Of a stretch of DNA of 64,000 nt, positions 14,699-28,676 are shown piece after piece; position 1 is the stretch's first letter; each line of letters begins with the position of its first letter. The stretch is from Octopus vulgaris (taxonomy: Eukaryota). The notes under the pieces are model-generated. The model made no database searches and was not told the origin of the DNA. It saw only the letters and a program-made list of their open reading frames with translations. The stretch spans positions 75,888,001-75,952,000 of the forward strand of contig OX597816.1 in the NCBI GenBank assembly GCA_951406725.2. The letters run 5' to 3'. Both the position numbers and the translations under genes were made by a program.

Positions 14699-15436
14699 TA
14701 ACATATAGTGATAGACACACTATACCGGAATGGTTAAGAAATTCACTTCGCAATCACGAGGGCCCTGTTCTGATTTCTTTAAATGAAGGGTCGTTCTTTA
14801 TGTTAATTGTCTTGTTTTCCATTTGTTTCTTTCGTTGTTTGCATACAAAAGTTTGTCTTCGTATTTCATGTTTTCGTATTTTCTATTTCATGTTGTTTAC
14901 GTTTTATGACGTCCTATACCCATATATGCATATATACATACATTTATATGTAAGTATGTACATATATGTATGTATATATGCATATATATACATATATTAT
15001 TTATATTATATGATTGAACACCACGCATCCATTCCCAAGTAAGTTTATCTTATATATATTGATATGTAATGATAAGATCCAAGGATTTAGGTGTAAGACG
15101 TTAATAAGTTTCGAGCAATCTGTGATAAGTTATAAAAACAATTTTCAGGAACAATAATTGGTTTAATGACGGAGAAGCCTTTTCCCATATTAAAGTTCAG
15201 TAAACTCAGAAAAGTTTTTTTTTCTTTTTATAGTTCACGGTATGCAGCTAGGGTTGCTATGAATGCGACTAAAATTCCAAATTCAGGGAATGGAGCAGGT
15301 AAAATCCAGGCTACGTATGTCTCTTAGCTAGCAGATACTCGGAAGTAATAATTACTGAACAAAGGCAACTTGGTTATATTAAGGTTACATTGTCGTTAGG
15401 GAATCCCAAATTAATTCACACATACACATATATCTC

Positions 15437-15695
15437 TTATCTTTTACTTGTTTTGCTTATTAGAATACAGCCATGCTGGGGCACCGCCTTGAAGAATTTT
15501 TAGTCGAATGAAACGACATCAGTATTTAATTTTTAAAGCCTGGTACTTATTCTATCGGCCTCTCTTACCGAATCGGAGACGTAAACCACCAACACTAGTT
15601 GTCAAGTGGTGGTGGGTGACAAACACAGACACAAATACACATACCAGCGCGCGTAAACACATACCCATAAGCTAAGCTTCATTCAGTTTCCATCT
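15437..15695 (-). mobile_element. SINE family B, diverged partial copy
   Basis: CTTTTACTTGTTT..GCCATGCTGGGGCACCGCC..GTACTTATTCTATCGG..GTTGTCAAG. Confidence 0.75.
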
Positions 15696-16029
15696 GTACA
15701 CTAATATATAGTTATACACATTTTAAGATGATAGTTGTGTAGAAATTCACACTCGACAACAGTCATTTTGAATCATAATTATTTATGTGCATAAACATAC
15801 GTCGAGGGATCGTCTAAGTAGACGCCAGATCTGGGAGAAATTGTAATCAAATCACTCTAACTTCATGCAACAGAATAGAGAACACGTTGGCTTATATGGT
15901 TCCGGATGCTCTTAAAAAACGAGTGGGTCACAGCCAGAATACGCTTTATTATAATTCTTTTGTACCAGGATTGGCTGAACCACAAAAGTAACAACATGTA
16001 GCTTAAAAATTGAAAGTCTATATAATTTG

Positions 16030-16410
16030 GTACTGAAAGCTATACTGATCACCGGACTGGACGGCACAGTATAGTACCAAGGATCCTGTCACCCCCATCC
16101 AAAGTAAGAACCCAATACTGTAACAGCTTAGTGTTCAAAGGCCCATAACTTTTGAATACGTTGCCAAAAGGCCTTAGAGATCTACGTGCTGCAGATACAG
16201 ATGTGTTCGAAGAACGATTAGACCAATTTTTATCCAATATACTAGATGAACCCAGATCACTAAAAGAAATGCAAAGAATGGTAGCTCTGTTCATCTCACT
16301 ATATTATCTGGTTCGATTCCGGAGATAATACTGGGTAGTGAGTCTAAAATAAACGAACATTAAAACTAATTCGGGTTCCCCAGCATGGTCACAACCTGTA
16401 GTTGGAACTG
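16030..16410 (+). pseudogene. CR1-group LINE 3' fragment
   Basis: HRTGRHSIVPRI...CNSLVFKGP*LLNTLPKGLRDL...VFEERLDQFLSNILDEP matches the typical CR1-like ORF2 C-terminus. Confidence 0.7.
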
Positions 16411-16991
16411 ATAATATAACGATAATATTTATTTGAGAGATGAGCTCATTGGAAATAGCTAGCTGAAGGCTATGTTATTTGTAGTCATTGTAAGGAAAGA
16501 AATAATACTCATACTGATAGAGAACAATATGCAAAATGTGTCTGTCACAAGCGGCTTGCTGCTTTGAACGTGTGCCATTGTTCAGATTCATTGTAAGTGA
16601 ATATTGAAAAACTATGGTGATGAACTAAATAGTTACGGTTTTCTAGCAGCTAATGGTTAGTAGAGGTCATGGGTTGGGTTCAGTAGCGTCAGATGATGTT
16701 ACAATCCAAGGAAAATGATTAATTCTGATCTGTCGTACGATTTTCTGACGGCCAAAATGTGATCAATCATATTGAAAAATAAATGCAAAGCTGATTGTGT
16801 CTGAAAATATTGCTCCGTGTATGTGATGATTTAAATAACTGTTTCTGAAATTCTAATTAATTCAGAAGAAAAAGAAAAAAAACGTGGTGTTATTTTCACC
16901 TGAAAAATTGTGGTAGGAATTTTATAATATTTTACACATGCGCAAGCATTAATACACATATGCGCGCGCACACACACACACGTGCGTAAAT

Positions 16992-17081
16992 GAAGTACCA
17001 GCAATGCTAGAAATAAGAGTCGATAAATACTCAAATACTTGAGTATTTTTCGACTCTTATTTCTAAAAACGCTGGTACTTC
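16992..17081. repeat. 90-bp imperfect palindrome (fold-back hairpin)
   Basis: GAAGTACCAGC..TAGAAATAAGAGTCGA.AAATACTCAA / TTGAGTATTT.TCGACTCTTATTTCTA..GCTGGTACTTC. Confidence 0.9.
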
Positions 17082-17180
17082 GTGTACCCTCAATTATAAT
17101 TAATAATCAATTATAAATTTATAAATTTGCATTTTTGGTTTTAATCCTTGCTGGTTGCTTATATTATTATTGTTATATTT

Positions 17181-17231
<51 letters not shown>

Positions 17232-17245
17232 TCTTTATATATCTA

Positions 17246-17324
<79 letters not shown>

Positions 17325-17434
17325 ATAGAAATTCGGGGTGAGTACTTGATAATTATAAGCACCTGTGTATACCGTTTGGTGGTGTAGGTGGTGGAGTAAA
17401 TTGATCAAAATAAAAACATGATGCCAAGGATTCA

Positions 17435-17512
17435 GCGGTACATATGTTTCGGGCCTTTATTAGACAGATTTATAACAATGCATAATGTATGTCTGTGGCC
17501 TTCTTCAGCCGC
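17435..17512 (-). ncRNA. Type I hammerhead ribozyme
   Basis: Minus strand GCGG-CUGAAGA-AGGCC...GGCCC-GAAA-CAUAUG-UA-CCGC: intact core, stem I GCGG/CCGC, stem II GGCC/GGCC, palindromic stem III. Confidence 0.85.
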
Positions 17513-19529
17513 GCACAACAGCTTCCACAAGGACATGTGTTACATCAAAAATTCTTGGTTGGGGATGCAAATCCTCTCATTCGCGTACGACATAATGCGG
17601 AAACAGCATAGAATTGAAGCGTCCATCTCTTTCTTCTCTCAATGTAGAATGAGGAAATTTGGATGTTGAAGAAATGTAAATAAATTAATAAATAAATACA
17701 TATATAGACGTGAAGGAACCTGGTAATAAGAGTAAATAGGGGTAAAAATGGAGGGGCGAGAATTCAGGACGAAGGATAAAAAATATATAAAAAGTGTAAG
17801 TATAGAAAAATATAAAAATGTAGAGTATAAAGATATAAAGAGATATAAGGAGATATAAAGGGGATATAAAGAATATAAAAAAATATAAATGAATATAAAG
17901 GCATAAGGTTATAAAGTAAAAATAGAAATAGAAATAAAAGTAAAAAAAAAAAAGAAATAAAAGTAAAAAAATAAAAATAGGAATAAAAATGATAAAAATG
18001 TAAAAAAATATAAAGATAAGGGATGTATAGAGGTTACGGACCAAACATGGTGGTCAGGAAAATGACAACATTTAGTTGTAGAAGCTTTGGGTGTCAATAA
18101 ATCAACAGGGGCGCCTGGGGACCTAGTGTATTGTAAATCAGAGCTGTTGAGTAGTTAATCTAGTTCCTTGAATTAAGTGGTCATCTTGTACATACATACC
18201 AGCATGGATACATACACCCATATACACGCGCACATATACGCGCGCATACACAGCTCCAAGCATATAAGCATACATACGTACTCACGTGTAAACATGTACA
18301 TAAACACACATACACCCACACACATGCGCATATATACATACAACAAAGCATGCGCATATATACACGGACATTATACGTGTACATATATATATATAAATAC
18401 ATATACACACACACACGCACATACACATATACATATACACATACACACATGCATACATATATGCACATGTATACCTATACATACATACGCATATACACAC
18501 ACCCATATATACATACGTACGTCCATCCTTACATACACATACCCAGATGCCTACACATCCAGGTTTAGATATAAGATATTAAAGGATGTATATAAGAACG
18601 CATGTAAAGAATCACGCACTCACGTCTACACGTGCACGCACACACGGCTGTGTGTCCATATGTGCGTGTACATATATACTTACATACACACACATAGACA
18701 TACGCGCGTATAGGTATAGCTATAAGATATTAAAAGATGTATACAAATATGTGTAAACATATGCATATAGGAAATCTGCGAAAACATGTAAAAAAATGTA
18801 AAGAAATACGTAAGAAATTAAAAAGAATTATTAAAGAAAATTATTAGAGATGAGTAACGGGGTATGCACATCCAGACGTAGATGTTTACTCGTACATATG
18901 TACACATATGTATACGTATACATACGTACACAGACGCACGTATAATCATAAAGCGGATCCATAGATAAGTAAATAAGGGATAAGCAAAAAAATAGACATA
19001 TATAGAGATATAAAGCGATAAGTTAGGGGTAAGAATAAGGGTAAGAATAAAAATTAGAAATAAAAGTAAGAAATCCAATATAAAATAAGAAATACAATAT
19101 AAAAGTTAGAAATAAAATATAAAAATTATAAGAACTATCAGAATTAAAAAAAGGAATGAAAATAAAAATAAGAATAAAGGTAAAGCGAAATAGAGTAGGA
19201 TAAAGTAAAATAAAAATATAATCTGGTAAAGCTTAACATGAGATGAAGGAAAAGATAAAAGGTGGTTGAAAGTGTAAAGTTAAAGGTGTGTGGTAAAGGT
19301 GCCCACGTAGGGGCGGGCGGGGGGAACTGAAAATTGGAAGGGTGGGAAGTGGAGTTTGGCGGTGTGCGTTCAACATCCGAGTTAGAAATGTGAAAAGGTA
19401 TAGATATAGGGAAATAAAGAGACTAGATAGGAAGAATATAGGTGTAGGAGAAGAAATATGTAGGGAAAAAAAACATATATGGGAGACAAAATGTGTATAT
19501 ATAGGAGGAAAATGCAGGGAAATATATAT

Positions 19530-19576
<47 letters not shown>

Positions 19577-19599
19577 CATATACATACACATATATGTAT

Positions 19600-19641
<42 letters not shown>

Positions 19642-19759
19642 GCACATATAGGAAAGCGGGATGCGCTGGAGCCGACAGGTTGCACCGGGTGGGAGGAAAT
19701 TGCATGGGGGAGTTGGTATAATAGCCTAAGCTTTGTAGTATTTGAAAGTATTAATAAGT

Positions 19760-21897
19760 TTGTGTATACAGGATGGATGGTTTGAACTCTGACCTTTTGT
19801 TAATAAGATTGTGTTTGTCTTTGAATTTCAAGATGTTCAGGAGTTCCACACAACATAGTTGGCATCCTGCTCTATTATTTAAATAGGGTGCAGCTGATCC
19901 GATGATGGACCACCTGAGTTTGAAGCCTATGCATTTGTCTTTTAATTCCCAATTTTTTTAGAAAGGGAGGTGCTGTTAGCTTTATGTCTGTGTTTCAGCG
20001 AGGACCGGTGGTTGTAGTATCTGGATTTCCAGGAGGTTGAGCAACCTATGTAGGTGAGTGTGTTAAACTGGGTACTCACCTCACATGAATATATTACGTT
20101 TTTCGCCCTACATGCGCCCTGTAGCGGACACTCGGATGCACATATGCAGTTGCAGTGCATTGCATTACTCGGTCGTGTGCTGTTAATCCCAGGCGGAGGT
20201 GTTGCATTACGTGTGGGGGCGTTGATATCCTCCTGGTTGTTGATGGGTGTGGTATTGCCTCTGTTGTGTTGGCGGGTGTTATTACTAACTGCTTGGGTAA
20301 TATGGCTGCCAGTCTGATTATATTGTCTACTATCTGGATGAGGGGGGTTCTGTTGGTCGCTGTAGCTTGCTCTTGATCTAGCTGTTCTAATATTAATATA
20401 GTTATGTTTAGCTATGAGGCAGCTCATGTTGGGCAGGGTAGAGTAGGAAATCCTAATGGTTTTGTTGGAGAAGATACTTCTATACTTATGGGTGGGTGGG
20501 AAGTTGTTGGAAATGATAGAGAATATTCTCTTACATAATTTACCCCTAACTGCTAAGTTGTATGGTATGTTGAACCATATATATTTGCGTAATCTACTAT
20601 TATCCCTTCTATTTCTCCTAATAGGATCTATATTGCTCTCGTCGGGAGGGTTACTATTGTGTGCTATTCTATTAGTTTGCCTTTTTCCTATACGTTGTTT
20701 AGAATTTAAATTAGAATTATCGTTAGCATGAGTTGAGTGCGGAGTTCGATTATAATTGGGAGTTTTACGGCCGACGGACGTTCCTGGGTGGTCTACATAT
20801 GATATTCTCTGGTTATACCCAGCACTATAGAGAGCCTGGTTGTAGTGTTGTGCGTGATTATTGAAAATTTCTCTATTAGAGGATAGTTTTGTAAGTCTGT
20901 CTGAGATGGCTTGGACCGTGGTGCTAATTATACAGGGTGGATGGTTGGAAGAGGTGTGGATGTATTTGGTAGTTTCTTCGGGTTTCCTATACGGGTGGTG
21001 AAGGTGCTTATTCAAGTCTAACGTAACATCTAAGAAGTTTACTATTTTAATATTGGTCATAAATTCTAGTTTAAGATTGAAGGATTTGAAAAAAAGCCTG
21101 ATCTTTTTCCTAATTCTTTCTAGTTTCCTATTGTTGGTGGGGTATATGAAGAGAGCGTCATCTCTGTATAGACGCCCCTGAAGATCCGGTACCTCGGAGA
21201 AAAGCTTCTTGAGCAGGTAGGCCCCGACCAAGTCAGTCACCTGAGCTGAATCGCTCGAGCCCATAGCCACATCAAAATTTTCGGGGGTATCGGATCTGGT
21301 CCAAAGTCTACCGTCGAATTCTATTATAGTTTTTCTGGCTAATAGTATTATGTCAATTTTTTCTCTGTCAATGAGCGAAAGGCTGCGGGCATATATAAGG
21401 GATTTGTTAAGTAAGATGGGGGATATACTGGCGTAGTAGTTAGCTATGTCGAACTGGATGAATGAGTAGTTGGGTCTGTTGGTGATTGTGTTAAACCATT
21501 CTAGCACATCGTCGGTGTTAATCCATAGTTGGAGTGGGATGTGGGGTTTGATGCGTGGGATCACCTTGTCCAGGGTAGTCTTACTAAGTCTGCCGATATC
21601 CGATTTAGTCGGACAGATTAATCGTACTCCTACGTTATCCGGGAAGTCTTTCTTATGGTCCTTAATAGTAATTTTGGGTACCTGTGGTTTGATCGGCTCC
21701 GTTCTGTCCAGGAGGTCTAATTTGCTCATAACTTCCTTGATTTTGTAGTTAATTTCCTTAAGGTTATCCGTAGAAGTAGTTTTATATTTTTTGCTAAGTT
21801 CCCTCATGATGAGCGATTTGTAGGTTTGGTAGTCCAACCTATACCAGTTCCCAGTCTTGTCGGCGGGTATGATAAGACTATCATCGTTAAGACGTCT
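19760..21897 (-). pseudogene. Penelope-like reverse transcriptase + GIY-YIG endonuclease ORF (5'-truncated, frameshifted near the C-terminus)
   Basis: PADKTGNWY, KDHK..F...RLICPTKSDIG, FDIANYY, MGSSDSA, LYRDD, FLDV, PYRKP, SNHPP, CNC..CPLQGAC, VIY..YIG. After a frameshift at ~19950 it continues WELKD..WSII..PY..CQLC..E..LINKRSE. Confidence 0.93.
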
Positions 21898-22042
21898 ATG
21901 TAAATAGAGGAATTTATCTGTAAATGTAATATGTGACAATTATTCGGTTACCATAATAATTGTCACATATTATATTCCAAATAAATTCCTCTATTTACAT
22001 AATATCAGGTCTCTTACATACTTTTGTTGTCTTACCATTACT
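21898..22042. repeat. 103-bp fold-back hairpin plus ~40-nt tail at the 5' truncation of the Penelope-like ORF
   Basis: ATGTAAATAGAGGAATTTAT / ATAAATTCCTCTATTTACAT and TAATATGTGACAATTATT / AATAATTGTCACATATTA. Confidence 0.85.
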
Positions 22043-22072
22043 ATATATATATATTTATACATACATACATAC

Positions 22073-22615
<543 letters not shown>

Positions 22616-22619
22616 TATA

Positions 22620-23365
22620 TAAGAAAATGAGGGGTTTAGCTCACTGGTGATCTGAGCGAATAATTTACGCTGAGTAAGTGCTATAATTGGTCATACGTTA
22701 GGTTTCCAGTTCAAAACTGAGGCTGGAGCTAGGGATCCGTATTAGGCCTCCGTGTTAACAAGTATATATTAGAAGAAAAGGACAACTAAAACCAAGGCAG
22801 AACGAGTATCTCAAGTCATTCATAATAAGTTGTGGTAAGGTGAATTTTAAGTCCTACAGCTGTTTCTGGGATGAATCAAATGATAGGCTATCGTGTTCAT
22901 ACATTGGGTATGAGACAGGTTGAGTATGTATGAAAGTTCCAGACAGGGCAATTCGAAGTATATAAGGAATAAAATACAAGTATAAAGAGTAAAAGTAAAA
23001 TAGAGACAGGAGAATAAATTTGACAGTTCATCTTTTTCCAGAGAGTATGGTGGTTGGGCTATATTTCTGTGAAGGTATAGGCCCTTAGGTAGAATCCCAG
23101 GTAAATCCAAGCAGTATTTTGGCAGTATTTTGTATGACGCTTTCATGTTGAAGTAATGTATTAAGTGTAAAATGGTCCACGTGGGCATATAGAGTGAGAA
23201 GGTCAGACATCAAGATAGACAGAAGTGGGTTGTGAGTAGACAGAAAGAGAGAGAAAAGACAGGAATAGGATAGGTGTGGGAAATAATGAAGGAGAGCGAA
23301 AGTAAAGTAAAAACAAATATAAAAAATAAAAGAAATAAAACATAAAAGAATAAAGATAGAAATAA
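22620..23365 (-). mobile_element. Possible Penelope-like 3' UTR/pLTR remnant
   Basis: Half-hammerhead GAAACAGCTGTA on the - strand (~22855-22867) and the same purine-skewed composition as 17680-19500. Confidence 0.3.
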
Positions 23366-23367
23366 CA

Positions 23368-24390
23368 ACTGTTTCAGTTCCTCCATCACCACTTTCAGAC
23401 CCAATATTATACTTCCTTTTCAGTGCCCTGTATTTTCGTTCGCTTTTAAGCTCCCTTTTCTCCTTTCGGTCTAACACAGATTTCCTTCGAGAGCTATCTA
23501 ACTCTGGCTGTATTCTTCTTTTCCACCATGGATATTTTCTTTTGTCACTCCCATTATGTGTCTTTTCCTTGACATCAACACCCACGTTTTCTGATACAAC
23601 AATACTTGCTGCCTTGAGCAAGTTATTTGTTTCTGTGATGTTGTTTGTTCTGATGTATTTCAGAATTTCGATGACATTTTTCGTTTCGTGGTTCAATTTC
23701 CATCGATCAACCTCTTTAAGGTTGCAAATAATGTCACTATAGTTCTCCTGTAGTCTTGCCTTTATTCTGTCGTAGATTGCCTTTTGTTCATCTGTCATGT
23801 CGCCATTAGTTTCATTCTCTTCTTTTAGATCATCTATATGTTTCTCATCAAGTAAATTACCACAGCTCATTTCCTGTAAGAACTGTATTTTCATTGATAT
23901 CTTTGCTGCTATATTCCATGACTCGTCTTTTGATAGCTTCGAGCTCTACGTCTGTGAACCAACGAATTTTTCCTATTGCTCTAGCTTGATCACATAGTCT
24001 CTGTTTCGTGAGTTGAAACAATCCCTTTTCTCTCCAATGATCATACATACGTTGTCGGTAACCCCTAATTTGAGCACTATTTTCATCTACCGGGTTGCTC
24101 AGGTAGTAACACTCCATGACCACAGCATTAATTAGCTTCATGTACGCCGTGTGTGGTGGTTCCTTTCTATATTTCATCAGGCTGTATCCGGCCCAGAATC
24201 TCTAAACCTGCCGGGTGGAACATTGTCACCATGATTGGCTTCAGTTTCATTACCACCGTTATTCATTGTTTATTCATTGTCACTCATATGAGATAGCGAT
24301 TATCAGGTTGTGTAATTACCAGTGTTTTTATTGTGACACCATCACTAATCATTAATCAGTCCGTGGGGAGGCTCCACCCTTTTCCTTCCA
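23368..24390 (-). mobile_element. R4/Dong-clade LINE 5' fragment (N-terminal DNA-binding region)
   Basis: VMECYY...RGYRQRMYDHW...QRLCDQAR.I....WFTDVELE.IK; ITETNNLL.AA; PWWKRRI. Starts at (TAA)n. Confidence 0.85.
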
Positions 24391-25814
24391 TTATTATTAT
24401 TATTATCATCACATATATCACTGATATTATTGTTTTCATGTGTAGTAGCAGCATTGGTTGCAGCAACAGTAGCAGTGATGGGGGTAGTGGTAAGTGTGGT
24501 AGTTGGGCCTCAGACTCCTGCGCTGTCATAATAGCAGTATTTGTAGTATTAGCAGCTGAAGCACATTATTATTTTTAATTCTATCATTATCACCATCACC
24601 ACCACTACCATTGTTATTACCATTATTACTATTTCCAATTATTATTAACAGATTTTACTGAATGTTCTTTATTTTCAACATTTATTTTGTATTTGAGATA
24701 ATCATAAATATGTGGTTGTTGAAAGAAATAGTTGGGTGAATATATCATATATTCAGGTCTATAAACAAATTCGGCAGATGGTGGGGAGGTCTGGCATAGA
24801 GACAAAATAATCTTCGCACCCTTTTGGTCAGCAGAGGTCAAGTGTGTTTACTACTACCAGTGACCACTGAGAGCGCTGCCCTGGAAAGAAGCAATTCAAC
24901 CGGTTCTATTTGTAATTACTGGTAGAGAAAACAATATATATATATATACATACACACACACACACAAATATATATATATACACTGCTATTCACGTCGTTT
25001 AATTTATTGAATTTCTGAATTCAATTGTGTTGTTGCAATAAAAGTTGCGTTTACGTATTTGGGTAATTAAAGTTTTAAAGTTTTCTTGGGATTTCGTTTG
25101 TCTGATCAGCTGGAGAACACAGTAGGTCTTTTGCAATGAAAATGATGTTTATATTTTCTAATACTCAGGGAGAGTCAAAAAGAAAAGAAAACGAGTTGTA
25201 GATAGTAAAGTTTTAAGATTTACTGAATATGGTCTTTTCTATGACCGCACAGAGAGAAATGGTAGTGTTCTTTTTTGTTGTTGATAGATTTATCTCCGGG
25301 CATAATTTTTCTGTGGTGTTTTTAAACTTATGACTTGTTCACTCTGCCTGTGTGAGTCTGAAAAATAAAAAAATATTTTGTTTTGTTTTTTGTTTTTGCT
25401 TCGTTTGTGACACGTGTTTTCATTTGCGTGTATGTGTTCTGTAAATTTCACGTAGTTGTGTAAGCATTGGGATATATGTTTGGTCCTATGGGTATTAAAA
25501 TGTATATATGATTGTGTAGGCATTCGAGTGTATGCGTAATTACTCAATTTATGTACTTACTGCTTTGTTCCATTTCTATTTTATAATTTGTAAACATTCC
25601 GGCGTTGTTTTCGCGTGTGTGTTTCGCACATGTTTCACTGAGACATCGTGCTTGGAGAAACTGTACTTTGTAAGGAAGTAAAACTTCGTTTTCATGATTA
25701 TTTTCGTTAAAAGAACGTTTCCTTCAAAACTTTCCCAGGTCCCTTATCCCATTCCACCGATGTTATTAGATTAGATTTGTTTTTGAATGGAGAACTCGGT
25801 GAAGCACATCCATG

Positions 25815-26660
<846 letters not shown>

Positions 26661-26662
26661 GC

Positions 26663-26830
26663 TGTGAACGTGCATGCAAATTTAATTAGCAGGTAGTTTA
26701 TCTTGAGTTTGGTGTCAATAAGTCTCTTCAAATCTCAAGAATTTTTCTTCAGCTTCTTACAGAATATAGGATGGTACTTTTCTGCAGGTTGACATTTCCA
26801 TTTTCTTTCTGACTCTCAGATGGCATTTTG
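26663..26830 (-). mobile_element. Short RLE-LINE 3'-end fragment
   Basis: NLQKSTIL....RKILEI* resembles the R4/Dong C-terminus; (TAA)n on both sides. Confidence 0.5.
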
Positions 26831-26831
26831 G

Positions 26832-26896
<65 letters not shown>

Positions 26897-26897
<1 letters not shown>

Positions 26898-27303
26898 TAC
26901 TTTTAATCTGCATGTATGTTACAGTCAATTGCCGAGGCACACCTACTGTTCTGGGTCTAGTGAAGAATAAGAGGTGTTACATTATGACTGAAAACGTTGG
27001 AAGGAGAAGTAGCGAAATATCTTCATGCAATGCAACACAGCCATTTGATTGGAAAGGGTTTTTCTAAGGATATGGGCAGTACTTATCAGTACAATGTTTT
27101 GGATTTCTCTGAGACATGGTTCTCCTGAGAACTTATCTAGATGTTTCTGACATCCATTTTTCATCATTCCTAGGGCACCGACATTAAAAGGAACAGTTCT
27201 CGTTTTAAGATGCCACATCTTTTGTATTTCAATTTCCAGGTCCTTATATCTACTTATTTTGTCAAATTCCCTGACAGATATATTCTTATCTGTAGGGACA
27301 CTT
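26897..27303 (-). mobile_element. R4/Dong-clade LINE 3' fragment
   Basis: SVPTDKNISVREFDKISRYKDLEIEIQKMW...VGALG...TAHILRKTL. Confidence 0.88.
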
Positions 27304-27319
27304 ATCATTATTATTATCA

Positions 27320-27390
<71 letters not shown>

Positions 27391-27946
27391 GAGTGAGAGA
27401 GCAGTGCATGCCATCAAAGTGACACTGGGGTAAAATATACGAAGCCCAATATACCCATCATGACTACCCGTCTGATAAAGGTACACCAGGCACATGCATC
27501 ACAACCATATGTGCGCGACATGGTGATCTCATATCAAGATAAACAGCACATGACCTTGCAGGTGGGGCTCAGTTGGAATTTTCTTCAGGTTGAGTAGCCC
27601 ATCCCGCTCAAAAGGTCCCTGAATAAGGGTTATTTAAGGATGTTGAAAGAACCACCCATGTTTCCAGAGGTGAATTATTCAAACCCCAAAGAATCCCTCT
27701 CAACACATGGCTATGATGCTCCCCCACTACTTCTGCTCGTGATCAGAGATGCACATATCGTCAGCCACTAAGGGACATGCTCAACTGGTTAAGGTCAAAC
27801 AACTGACAAGCAAATCTGTGGTATTGAGCAGAATATTTGCTGTAGCCCATCTTTTATACCAAGACAAAACAATGTACATGATAACACTTCCAATCAGTTA
27901 AGATCAGAAGCCATGAGAGTCACTGCCTGGTACTGCATCAGGGCAT
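27391..27946. repeat. Full-length ~556-bp non-coding interspersed element inside (TAA)n
   Basis: (ATT)n on both sides; five copies in the window. Confidence 0.9.
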
Positions 27947-28099
27947 TTATTATTATTATTATTTTTTTTTTTAGTAGTAGTAGTAGTAGTAGTGATATTA
28001 GTATTAATAGCAGTGATAATACTAGTTGTATTAGAGTTATTAGCATTAGTAGTAGTTTTGCTTTTCCTCTAATATGTATATATATATATAGTTAATTAA

Positions 28100-28676
28100 T
28101 AAAACATATATCAGAAAAGAAGCACACTCTAAAGAATAGAGCAATAATTGTTACAACAAAAAATTTTTATCTTGGACATAGATATATAAGCCAAAGCCTT
28201 GTGGGCAGTTCTTTAGACTCTATATGAAGACAAAAATTAAAAATTTCTCTGTCGCGAACGTGAAGAAACGTTGATAAAGCGAAAATACGTCTTAACAAAA
28301 CAAAAAACACATTAATGAGGGAGGGCTGTCTCTCCTGAACCAGAGGAGGAAACAACTCTTATAAACCTGAAATGGCCTAATTCGCAAACGGGGAGATCCA
28401 ATTTTCCAGTAGGTAGCGCTTGAAGTGGACACATTTAGAAAACACTTCTTAACGACTAATTAACACGCCAGGTTTCGTATAATCCTTAAGAATTCTGGCT
28501 CTCTCCGCGATGCAGATCTTGAAATGGCCACTTCCATGAATATATGGGCCCGGATGATCAATTATTTTCCACCTGTTATGACGCGGGGTCTCTTGATCTT
28601 TGAGGAGCCACACATGGCAGGCCAGGGACGTGGCAAACCGTTTTTCTGTGACTCTGAAGTATGACTGGTGGTTGCA
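28100..28676 (-). mobile_element. Naiad-like Penelope 3' fragment (GIY-YIG C-terminus + UTR)
   Basis: NHQSYFR..KRFATSLACHVWLLKD..WKII..PY..KICIAERARIL..EVFSKCVHFKRYLL; homologous to 32940-33535. Confidence 0.75.

Larger units (their letters stand above)
17327..21897 (-). mobile_element. 5'-truncated Penelope-like element (Naiad-like) with a long low-complexity 3' region ending in a hammerhead-bearing pseudo-LTR
   Basis: RT/GIY-YIG ORF and a type I hammerhead on the same strand; the element ends at a (TATC)n tract. Confidence 0.75.

Noticed and set aside
17540-17600. SECIS element upstream of the hammerhead (- strand ATGA...GA)
   Set aside because: The helix is short and G-U-rich, the AA spacing is wrong, and the linked ORF has no in-frame TGA.
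21898-21939. MSHITFTDKFLYLH as the true N-terminus of the Penelope ORF
   Set aside because: It is read from the fold-back hairpin arm; the element is 5'-truncated.
23085-23894. 269-aa ORF with a hydrophobic C-terminus as a membrane protein
   Set aside because: It is a chimeric read-through from a Dong fragment into T-rich non-coding repeat.
24340-24390. HDV-like ribozyme at the Dong 5' end (GCC-TCCCCAC-GGA)
   Set aside because: Only a P3/L3-like fragment is present; I could not build P1, P2 or P4.
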